From the IMG/VR virus record IMGVR_UViG_3300025108_004499: a DNA stretch of 64,000 nt. The stretch is one strand, 5' to 3'. Shown here one piece after another: positions 18,246-26,270 of the stretch (the first letter of the stretch is position 1; the number at the start of each line of letters is the position of its first letter). A model generated the notes under the pieces. It ran no database searches, was not told the DNA's origin, and worked only from the letters and a program-made list of their open reading frames with translations. The position numbers and the translations under genes were made by a program. The stretch is from a virus.

Positions 18246-18848
18246 TTAATTCTCCCTGTAAGTAATGTCATTAATGTTTCCTGCTAAAACATATCTTGTT
18301 GTGTTTACAGGATATACTTTATGATGTATGGTACTAGGAAACATGACTACCATATCATTATACACTGGTAAGTTGACTTCGTCAACCGGAAAGATTTCGT
18401 TTTTGGACTCCTGCATTTCAACAAACGTAAGTGGATTGTTACTTTCGCCTACATCTAAGTAGTAAACCCAACTGTAACGACTTAGTGTACCGTGTTCGTG
18501 TTGTGGACAACCTTGTCCGGGTAAGCTCTCTTGGAACCATACTTCTGCATCAATGTTTAATTGACTAGTTTCATGCCAAACTTGATCAGTTATAAACTTA
18601 GGACCCCTTGGACGTACAATATTATGGCAATACCATAAATGTATTTTGTCTAGTAAAGGACTAATTATATCGTGATCAAGATGTATTTCGTGGTTAGTCT
18701 TCCATGACTCAACAGTATATTGTTCTTCCTCTTTTAATTTAAGGAAATAATCAATAATAGGTTTTGTGGTTTGTTTAGTAAAGCCAAGCGGGCCATGTCT
18801 TATGGCGGTCGGCTGAGATATGTATAGTGTACTACAACTTAACTTCAT
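18246..18848 (-). CDS. 2OG-Fe(II) oxygenase-like protein
   Basis: W.......HEH....SWVYY, FPS.I.H.V, R....GN. Confidence 0.7.
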   Translation of the reverse strand: MKLSCSTLYISQPTAIRHGPLGFTKQTTKPIIDYFLKLKEEEQYTVESWKTNHEIHLDHDIISPLLDKIHLWYCHNIVRPRGPKFITDQVWHETSQLNIDAEVWFQESLPGQGCPQHEHGTLSRYSWVYYLDVGESNNPLTFVEMQESKNEIFPVDEVNLPVYNDMVVMFPSTIHHKVYPVNTTRYVLAGNINDITYREN

Positions 18849-18922
18849 TTTTTCCTACGTTGCTTATGGCCAACTTAACCTTCTACATGCCTGGCAATTG
18901 CCTTTGGCGTTACTATTATTTA

Positions 18923-19141
18923 TTAGAACAACAAGCCCGCAACGTAAATTACGGTTAATCCTGCGTTCATAACAATTAAACTTTTTTCTTTCCATAGGAC
19001 ACCAACAAGTATCCATAGACTATTACTAATAATGAATGCCCAAATGTACAAAGGGTAAACATTAAATGCGGCCAGTGTAGCGGCTGTCAGTAAACATACT
19101 GTAGCCACCCATGCTAGCCATTGATAGGGTTTTACCACCAT
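18923..19141 (-). CDS. small membrane protein (about 3 TM)
   Basis: 72 aa, strongly hydrophobic. Confidence 0.7.
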   Translation of the reverse strand: MVVKPYQWLAWVATVCLLTAATLAAFNVYPLYIWAFIISNSLWILVGVLWKEKSLIVMNAGLTVIYVAGLLF

Positions 19142-19413
19142 CCTGCGGCCACTCCATATCCAAATGTGTTAATAACAGCAAAGTATCCTGTTAGTAACAT
19201 AACCCATGCCGCGCCTCTGCGTACAGCCGCGTAGCATTGTGTAACCGATCCTACAAAAAAGAACGGATATATAATTAGCATGTTTGGATCTTTAGCATTA
19301 AATGCCAAAGTCAAACTTGCCATAACTGTAAATACGAAACTTATTAGTTCGAATCCAAAAGCAATCTTGTCGCTTTTATAACTATTGATCCAAAAATCTT
19401 TTACTTTTTGCAT
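19132..19413 (-). CDS. small membrane protein (about 3 TM)
   Basis: 93 aa, three hydrophobic segments. Confidence 0.7.
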   Translation of the reverse strand: MQKVKDFWINSYKSDKIAFGFELISFVFTVMASLTLAFNAKDPNMLIIYPFFFVGSVTQCYAAVRRGAAWVMLLTGYFAVINTFGYGVAAGWW

Positions 19414-19676
19414 TACGGCTTGTCTTTCCCTACAGTGACAACTAGTGTTTCTAAATCGTCAAACTCGTCAGCAACCTTTTCCCAATCACCTTTATGGGCA
19501 ACTTTAATTGCTTTGTTAATTAAACTTGGCTTAATGTCAAGTTCTTCTGCTACTGCTTTCACAGTTTCTTTAAGACCTGTGCTTAGATCTTCAATTTCTC
19601 TCATAACTGTAGCGCCTTCGTTAACCAAACGTTCTAGTTTAGCCTTCTCGTCGCCACCATATACTCTGTCGCTCAT
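19413..19676 (-). CDS. dsDNA-binding protein (T4 DsbA/GapR-like)
   Basis: 87 aa helical; L..LV.E......IEDL...LKE......E.LDI....I.K.IK pattern. Confidence 0.55.
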   Translation of the reverse strand: MSDRVYGGDEKAKLERLVNEGATVMREIEDLSTGLKETVKAVAEELDIKPSLINKAIKVAHKGDWEKVADEFDDLETLVVTVGKDKP

Positions 19677-19700
19677 AAGATTCTCCTTAGTTTATGTAGT

Positions 19701-19729
19701 ATTATACTATATTTTTAGGGTGTTGTCAA
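19701..19729 (-). promoter_or_regulatory. sigma70 consensus promoter
   Basis: TTGACA-17 nt-TATAAT. Confidence 0.9.
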
Positions 19730-19744
19730 GTGTTATTTTACCAA

Positions 19745-20176
19745 TTATCTTGGAGGACAAATTTCAAAGCCGTTCATCTGCTTCTTGTATTCGTCTGCAT
19801 ATCCAACATATATGTACTTAACACCTTTGGCCTTGTAATACGCACATTCGTGGCGTAGGCTCTTTAGACCTAAGAATAACTTAGGGTTTTTGTAGTTCCA
19901 AGCAAACTGTATTGCTTCTACATTATCTGAATTATACCAATAATAGTGACTAAACGCAACTAGTTCTTTATTGCTGTAGTATCCAACTATATCACAATGC
20001 GGTGCACACAAGTCTTCGTTAAATAAAGGCATTACACTTTCAAACTGTTTGTACTTACAGTATTGATCGTATATTTCTTGTAGTTGTTCTACTGGCGGGT
20101 TATCAAACAGTACGGCTGATTTAGACATTCTATAGTTTGTTTTAGATAAATTAATTCTAGCATATATGTCACTCAC
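19745..20176 (-). CDS. GNAT-fold protein resembling the C-terminal domain of arginyl-tRNA-protein transferase (ATE1/Bpt)
   Basis: YY..KELVAFS, W.Y.NP...LG..SL..E...K..G.KY.Y.GY...YK pattern. Confidence 0.55.
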   Translation of the reverse strand: MSDIYARINLSKTNYRMSKSAVLFDNPPVEQLQEIYDQYCKYKQFESVMPLFNEDLCAPHCDIVGYYSNKELVAFSHYYWYNSDNVEAIQFAWNYKNPKLFLGLKSLRHECAYYKAKGVKYIYVGYADEYKKQMNGFEICPPR

Positions 20177-20669
20177 GATTTTGCACCTCTTGTTTGTATT
20201 CTTTAGTCCAATTCTTATAATAGTCTTTCTTTTCTAACCATTCCCTCGCTGTTTCTAGTTTTTCTTTTGGTTGCAAAAGAACAAGAGCATATGTGCCATG
20301 GTTTAATTTTATATCTTGTACTTCCTCTACTTCAAGAGGATGATCTTCAAGTGCTACATAACCTCTACGGTCAAGCATAGGCTTTGTGTCATCTATAATA
20401 TTACTTAGTTGTTCAGGAGTAATTCGGTCATAATCAAAGCCTAGTATAACTACTTCTTTACCTTTAGGCCAATGATATGTATAATTTTCTATTTCTGCTC
20501 GTACCCAGGTATTAATTTCAAATGAACCGTCGAGCCAATGTGTGTGTACAGCATTATCTTGCCATGCCTTTTTAGCATACGGACATGGAGGTAGGTTATT
20601 AAATGTTTTTGATGGTTTGCTTAATACGTTTTGTATCCAATCATCTATCGATGACTTGAAACTTTGCAT
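20169..20669 (-). CDS. DUF1415-like protein
   Basis: W.....PCPYAKKA and DHP motifs; overlaps the ATE-like gene. Confidence 0.5.
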   Translation of the reverse strand: MQSFKSSIDDWIQNVLSKPSKTFNNLPPCPYAKKAWQDNAVHTHWLDGSFEINTWVRAEIENYTYHWPKGKEVVILGFDYDRITPEQLSNIIDDTKPMLDRRGYVALEDHPLEVEEVQDIKLNHGTYALVLLQPKEKLETAREWLEKKDYYKNWTKEYKQEVQNRE

Positions 20670-20675
20670 GGCATA

Positions 20676-21692
20676 TTAGGCCTTAACGCATTTGTTAACA
20701 CGTTTGCCTGCGTTCTTACCAGTACCTTTTTGTGTTCCAGCTCTCTTATAGCCTTTCCAACATTTATCAGGACCAGCTACTTCATCTAGCTCTGCTTCTG
20801 ATAAACCTAATGTTGTGTAACTTGGGTTACCACAATCTGTACAATTAGCTTCTACAGATTCTTTTGCAGTCTTAGCCGCATTTTTCCAATCTTGTGGACT
20901 AGGTGCATCTGGATGATCTGCTGATCTGCTTGTGCCGGCTTTTTTACGTTTATTCACATAGTAGTATAAGCCTTTTTTCTTCTTTGCTTCTTCTAACTTT
21001 TGTGCTAGAGTATCTACATATGATTCATCTTTTTTTGTAGGTTGTTTTTTACCTTTATATTCGTATCTATCGTCGCCATCTTTCCAACGTTTGTATGCAG
21101 GTGTATTTGCTTTTTCGTCTGCTGGACTAATCTGCATCTTTTCTTTAGATTCTGCTTCAACAAATACTTGTACCATATCGTCGCCGTTGTTAAGGCCACC
21201 TTTTTTAACTTTTACGTTTGCTTTGCCATATTCTTTTTCAGCTTCTGCTGGAGACATACTAGTTTGCTTCCAACGTTTTTCTGCTTCTTTAATGTCTGCT
21301 TTTTTAGGCTTGTCGTGTGTCCAACCTTTTTTAGCCATGTCTTTATGATCTTGCTCTTTATTGGCTTTCTTGCCTTCACCTGTCTTAGGATCATACATCA
21401 TGTGTGGTTCAAATTTGTCAGCTTTTTTAGATTCAGATACTTCGTCAAATTTCATTTCATAATCTAAATGATGATATACACTACCTAAATAGTCTGCGGC
21501 TTTAGTAATCTTTGCTTGTACCCAGCCTTCAAGTCCTTGTTCTTCACTTACGCCTTTAAGCATTTCGTGTAGTTTAATACCGTACTTGGCAACTTTGTAT
21601 AGATCGCCTCTAGCCATTTGCACTTCGTGATCTCTTTCAACCTTGTATGCCATGTCAGCTAAACCGTTTTCTTTTAAGTCTTTTTCTCTCAT
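20676..21692 (-). CDS. modular K/E-rich protein, putative internal head polyprotein
   Basis: short basic modules separated by [LIV]xE sites. Confidence 0.6.
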   Translation of the reverse strand: MREKDLKENGLADMAYKVERDHEVQMARGDLYKVAKYGIKLHEMLKGVSEEQGLEGWVQAKITKAADYLGSVYHHLDYEMKFDEVSESKKADKFEPHMMYDPKTGEGKKANKEQDHKDMAKKGWTHDKPKKADIKEAEKRWKQTSMSPAEAEKEYGKANVKVKKGGLNNGDDMVQVFVEAESKEKMQISPADEKANTPAYKRWKDGDDRYEYKGKKQPTKKDESYVDTLAQKLEEAKKKKGLYYYVNKRKKAGTSRSADHPDAPSPQDWKNAAKTAKESVEANCTDCGNPSYTTLGLSEAELDEVAGPDKCWKGYKRAGTQKGTGKNAGKRVNKCVKA

Positions 21693-21701
21693 CGTGTTAT
21701 C

Positions 21702-22043
21702 CTATTTTTTTCTTTTGACTGTTTTACCACCAAAAACATTATCTGTAATGTCTAGTCCGTTCTTTGCAGTACCGTCTTTGTTTAGTGCTTGTTTTGCTTT
21801 TGGTACACCGTTTTTATCACGCTTTATTTTTCCGTATGCATGTGGTGGATTAGCAACAGATGCTATATTCCCTGCACTAGTAGAACCTGTTGTAGCAAAT
21901 TCTTTTATTGATTCTTTATTCTTAGAATGACAGTCGCAATGCTTACAGTCAGGACCACATGTACATTCTGTTACAGGAACCCCACAACAGTCTTTTGAGC
22001 ACATCTCTACTTTTTCTTCTCTAAATAGTTCTCTTATTAACAT
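21702..22043 (-). CDS. putative internal head protein with a Cys-rich metallothionein-like segment
   Basis: MLIRELFREE start; CSKDCCGVPVTECTCGPDCKHCDCH; IKE site; GTAAATA 5 nt upstream of ATG. Confidence 0.6.
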   Translation of the reverse strand: MLIRELFREEKVEMCSKDCCGVPVTECTCGPDCKHCDCHSKNKESIKEFATTGSTSAGNIASVANPPHAYGKIKRDKNGVPKAKQALNKDGTAKNGLDITDNVFGGKTVKRKK

Positions 22044-22069
22044 GTTAGTATTTACCTTTTTTCTACTTG

Positions 22070-23659
22070 TTATTTTTTCTTACCGGACTTCATATTTGCA
22101 CACCAATGATACATTTTAGCACGTTCACCACTTGCATTCTTTGCTTTTTTACGTAGCTCAGTTACACTACCATTGCAACTAGCACCTGACTTTTTTACTC
22201 TACCAGGTCTGCTTTTACCACTCTTCTTGCCATCTGCAAAATTTTCTAATAAGTCTAATACTTGATCAGTAGTATAAAGTCCGCTTATAAGAGCTTCTTT
22301 TGCCATTTTAGTAGCAGTTGCATACATAACAGCATCAGCATCTTTGCCGTAACGTTTTTTAAAGTCGCCTTTATTCTTCTTCATACCCTTGACGTTTTTT
22401 TCTTTTTTCTTTTCTTCGCCTTTGGTAAGTGTACGTTCTTCCATATTTTGATATTCTTTTTCTAGTTCAGCTAATTCTTTTTCTAGATTATCTAAATCAT
22501 TTTTATCAGGTTCAAAGTCATTGAATAATTTTTTCAAGTCTTTTTCATCTTTTGCTTTTACTAATTCGTCATAAAGTTTTTTCCCGCCATATAATGCAAC
22601 TGCAATAGCCACAGCAGGCATACCGTATTTTGCTAAACTTTTTACTACAGGATGATTAAAGAATTTTTCAAGCCAAGCCAGAGCATCACCGATCCATTTA
22701 AATGTTTTCCATGATACAGTTAAGAATGCTAATGCCCATTTGTTCTGCCAAAACCATTTAATTATTTTTAATATGTAACTACCATGTTTTAAAAATTTAA
22801 AGTATTGAATGTATTCATTTAATTGCGTATTTTCTGCAACAGGTTCTTTCATATGTTGTTGTATTGCTTTTGCAGTACGTTCGAACTTATGATCTTTGTG
22901 TTTAAAGCCTTCACCACCAGCCGCTTCCCAACTAGCAATGTTTTTTCCAAAGTCATCGATTAAAATGTTTGGTGTACCATCGCTGTTAACAGCATACTTA
23001 GGTTTGTCATGTGTAATGATAACATTCTCTGGTGGAAAGAAGTCTAAATTATTTTTAATCCATTCACGTTTGTGTGGTTCTGAATTAGGATCGTTTGGTA
23101 GTGGACTACTTAGAATAGTATAACTACCTTTGACTTTTTTAATAACACCTAGCAAGTTTTTTGCTTGTGGTAGTAATGGTAAGTCTAACCAAAAATTATC
23201 TTTATCTCTAATCTTTTGTAGTGCAGGTTCAATGTCTTTTACTTTACGCCAGTCACTGCCTATTAACTTTTGCCATTCTCCAAAGAAGTCTGCTAATACG
23301 CCATCCATGTCTACGTATACTTTACTTGTACTTGCTAATTCGCCCAAATTTTCTGCCATCTTACTATAGTATAGCATACTTTCATCAGTGTTGTCAACCG
23401 ATTCTGCAAGGCCTAGATTGAATAATACATTGGTTTTGGAGCCTTTTACCTTTTTTGATAGTGTAGGTGGGCGTCCATCTTTGTCTACTTTGTTACCAAA
23501 CTTAGCGGCTTGCTTCTTAATAGCATCTACACCAACATCTGCTGTAGTATTGACACCTTTTACAACACGGCCACCGTGTTCTTGTATCTGAAGGAAGTGT
23601 TTGAAACTGCCTGGCTTAGGAACTTTGTTTTCAATATCTTTTAAATTATGATACTTCAT
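22070..23659 (-). CDS. modular protein with HAD 5'(3')-nucleotidase domain, hydrophobic segment and basic modules
   Basis: VYVDMDGVLADF, ILSSP, K..W, ILIDD..KN...W..AGG. Confidence 0.75.
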   Translation of the reverse strand: MKYHNLKDIENKVPKPGSFKHFLQIQEHGGRVVKGVNTTADVGVDAIKKQAAKFGNKVDKDGRPPTLSKKVKGSKTNVLFNLGLAESVDNTDESMLYYSKMAENLGELASTSKVYVDMDGVLADFFGEWQKLIGSDWRKVKDIEPALQKIRDKDNFWLDLPLLPQAKNLLGVIKKVKGSYTILSSPLPNDPNSEPHKREWIKNNLDFFPPENVIITHDKPKYAVNSDGTPNILIDDFGKNIASWEAAGGEGFKHKDHKFERTAKAIQQHMKEPVAENTQLNEYIQYFKFLKHGSYILKIIKWFWQNKWALAFLTVSWKTFKWIGDALAWLEKFFNHPVVKSLAKYGMPAVAIAVALYGGKKLYDELVKAKDEKDLKKLFNDFEPDKNDLDNLEKELAELEKEYQNMEERTLTKGEEKKKEKNVKGMKKNKGDFKKRYGKDADAVMYATATKMAKEALISGLYTTDQVLDLLENFADGKKSGKSRPGRVKKSGASCNGSVTELRKKAKNASGERAKMYHWCANMKSGKKK

Positions 23660-23865
23660 TTTTTCCGTCCTCTAAAACCACCACCAGTCATGTGTGGTAA
23701 ACTAAACCAAAGTTTGAACCAGTCTTCGTCACCTGGTTTGATATTTTTTTTCTTCTCTATCTTACGTTTTTCACTAGCAGTCTTACTAATGTTTTCAAGA
23801 GTATATTCAGTATAACCTTTATACTCATTGACACCTGCAAGTTCTTTTAAACGTTCAATATCCAT
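23656..23865 (-). CDS. small putative head-associated protein
   Basis: MDIERLKELAG, IKPG.EDWFKLWF. Confidence 0.65.
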   Translation of the reverse strand: MDIERLKELAGVNEYKGYTEYTLENISKTASEKRKIEKKKNIKPGDEDWFKLWFSLPHMTGGGFRGRKK

Positions 23866-23866
23866 A

Positions 23867-24778
23867 TTAGTCAGCTCGCCTAATATCGTGTTTAATATCT
23901 AATTGAGTAAACAACTTTGATGTTGTTTCAATGCTTGTAAGCATTTTTTTAATTCTATCTAAATGGTCTGGGTTGTCTTCAACTTTTTGTCTAAACTTAT
24001 TAGCCGCTTCAGGTTTAATAAACAACAGTCTACCACTCCATGCCGCACCTTTTCTGTAAAAACTTAAAAAATGTTCTTTACCATCTACTCTATCTGCAAT
24101 CCAATCTAATACTTTCATTTTATTTGGATCTTGTTCTTTGATACTGCCATTGTCTGTGCTTTTAAAAAATTTATATTCGCCTAGATCTTCTTCTGATACA
24201 CTATCGTTAACAACATTAACACCCATACCTGATCTAACCTTGTTAAACATCATTTGTGCAAGTCTTTCATCACCTGCAACACCTTGTTTAAAAGTTTCAA
24301 AGTCGTCGTCAACTGCCGCGGCTTTAAGTTTACTTGCACTCATACCTTCAGCACCTTCTGCATCAGGATCACGTTCGCCTGCACTTACAACATCAATATT
24401 ATCAAACTCATAATCTTTGCCGTTATACTTATTAAGTAGTTTTGTAAATGATTCAACTCTATCACTACCTGCTATATATACAACTTCGTTATAACCTTGA
24501 GATTGTAAATGTTGCATTGCTTGAATAATTGTTTTTACATCTTTGTTGCCTACTATTATATCAGAACCAAAACTCTTTTGTGCAAAGAAAACCTTTTCTG
24601 CAAATGATAGTGGATCTGTTTTAGGCTTTTGTGTATGACTTAAAAATAAAAAATGGTCTCCAGGATATCCTGCCATCTTGTCTACAAGTTTTTTGTGTCC
24701 AATGGTTGGAGGATTCATTCTACCAAAAGCAAATACTGCTATTTTGCCGTCAGCTTCAAATAGTTCTCTGAGATGCAT
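23867..24778 (-). CDS. HxGH nucleotidyltransferase (cytidylyltransferase-like)
   Basis: FGRMNPPTIGH, DPL...K, AGSDR, RDPD....GMSASK; MHLRELFE start. Confidence 0.8.
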   Translation of the reverse strand: MHLRELFEADGKIAVFAFGRMNPPTIGHKKLVDKMAGYPGDHFLFLSHTQKPKTDPLSFAEKVFFAQKSFGSDIIVGNKDVKTIIQAMQHLQSQGYNEVVYIAGSDRVESFTKLLNKYNGKDYEFDNIDVVSAGERDPDAEGAEGMSASKLKAAAVDDDFETFKQGVAGDERLAQMMFNKVRSGMGVNVVNDSVSEEDLGEYKFFKSTDNGSIKEQDPNKMKVLDWIADRVDGKEHFLSFYRKGAAWSGRLLFIKPEAANKFRQKVEDNPDHLDRIKKMLTSIETTSKLFTQLDIKHDIRRAD

Positions 24779-25094
24779 CTAGTTCTTCCTTAGGATTTCT
24801 TTCGTGATCTAATACCATATGTGCTAAGTCTGCTTTTTCTTGTGCATTCATAAGCTCTTCAGGTAGTTTATTAAGGTCGTACTTTAAACAATAATGATTT
24901 AATGCCTTATCACACAAAGGCATAATATGTCCTTGGATTACTTTTTCGTTAGTTTCACTTTTCATTTTATCCATACATGGCATGTAATGTTTGCGATAAA
25001 ATTCTTCATCATTTATCATATGAAAATGTACATCGTCAATGACATTAAACGGCATTGAGTCTTGTTTCATATCAAATATTTCTCTTAGTAACAT
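24756..25094 (-). CDS. hypothetical protein
   Basis: MLLREIF start, ND.EFYRK.Y.P. Confidence 0.7.
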   Translation of the reverse strand: MLLREIFDMKQDSMPFNVIDDVHFHMINDEEFYRKHYMPCMDKMKSETNEKVIQGHIMPLCDKALNHYCLKYDLNKLPEELMNAQEKADLAHMVLDHERNPKEELDASQRTI

Positions 25095-25103
25095 ATTACT
25101 TCC

Positions 25104-25811
25104 TTACCATTTACGGCATGACCAATAACGTGCCTTAGTACGTGGTCCTGGATTATCACAGTTGTGTCTTGCTCTAAAGCTCTTACGTCTTGCAGGGTTA
25201 GACTTTTTAATCTTCATTGCTTTACCTTTAACACTTGATCCGCCGTGTCCAAAGTTTACTTTTTTTACATTACCTGTTTTAGGATCTTTTACGTATACTT
25301 TAAACTTCTTAACGTCACCTTGCATAGGCTTACCAAGTTTAACTTTACGCCCTTGGTACTCTGCTTCGTCCATGATTTCATCTTCATTGTACCACATTTC
25401 GCCATACGCTTCGTAGAAGTCATCATCGTCATCATATGTTTCGTCAATACTTGCACCAGCAAGTTCTTTCATTCTATCAAGTTCTTCGTTATCGGGTACA
25501 GCACTTGCCATTTCTTTACAATCTGAGCATCTGCCATGTCCTTGATAGACATCCATAATAGGTGCGCCACAGCAATTACTTACCATGCCTTCTTCATTTT
25601 CGTCGCCTGGTGAGTATGCTTCTTTTGTCTTTTCAGCTTTACTGTATTTGTCTTTGATGCGTCCTAATTCTTCTTGACTAGCACCTTCACGTCCTGCTTT
25701 AGCGGCTTTTTTCATATATTCTTTACCGTGCTTTTTCACACCAGTATAGTATTGTAAGCCTGATTCGTTTGTTTCGGCTTCTAATAAGTAGTCTTTAAAT
25801 GTTTTTGTCAT
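25104..25811 (-). CDS. modular putative internal head protein with a basic Cys/His C-terminal domain
   Basis: MTKTFKDYLLE resembles T4 capsid-targeting sequences; SNCCGA..RCSDC Zn ribbon; KKVNFG...RRKSFRARHNC..ARYWSC. Confidence 0.7.
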   Translation of the reverse strand: MTKTFKDYLLEAETNESGLQYYTGVKKHGKEYMKKAAKAGREGASQEELGRIKDKYSKAEKTKEAYSPGDENEEGMVSNCCGAPIMDVYQGHGRCSDCKEMASAVPDNEELDRMKELAGASIDETYDDDDDFYEAYGEMWYNEDEIMDEAEYQGRKVKLGKPMQGDVKKFKVYVKDPKTGNVKKVNFGHGGSSVKGKAMKIKKSNPARRKSFRARHNCDNPGPRTKARYWSCRKW

Positions 25812-25832
25812 GCGTCAACACCTTTACGTTGT

Positions 25833-25887
25833 AATATAAAGTATTTATCAATAGTAGTCAACCTCTAATGGTGCAGTGGACTAAATA
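25833..25887. promoter_or_regulatory. divergent promoter region
   Basis: minus: TTGACT-17 nt-TATATT (25861-25833) and ATAAATA (25848-25842); plus: CTAAATA (25881-25887) before speD. Confidence 0.6.
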
Positions 25888-25907
25888 GAAACCAAAAAGG
25901 AACGGCT

Positions 25908-26270
25908 ATGTTGAAGCACAAACACATGATAATTAGAGCTGAAGTAAGCAATCCACCACAATGCGAGCAAACTATAGTCGATTGGGCTGGTAATTTAATA
26001 AGAGATATAGATATGAAGATAATGATGGGGCCATATGCTAAGTATTGTGAAATGCCGGGCAATAGAGGGTTTACGTGTGTTACTATTATTGAAACAAGTC
26101 ATATAGCAATACACGTTTGGGACGAAACCAGTCCTGCACTAGTACAACTAGATGTATATACATGTGGTGAATTACATAAAGATAAAGTATTTGATGCACT
26201 AGAACGCTGGGATCCAGTTAAAGTTGAATACAAATATTTAGATAGAGAAAAAGAACTTACGTTAGTTTAA
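25908..26270 (+). CDS. speD: pyruvoyl-dependent S-adenosylmethionine decarboxylase family proenzyme
   Basis: G.T....IETSHIAIH.W.E and LDVYTCG motifs; AAGGA SD. Confidence 0.85.
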   Translation: MLKHKHMIIRAEVSNPPQCEQTIVDWAGNLIRDIDMKIMMGPYAKYCEMPGNRGFTCVTIIETSHIAIHVWDETSPALVQLDVYTCGELHKDKVFDALERWDPVKVEYKYLDREKELTLV

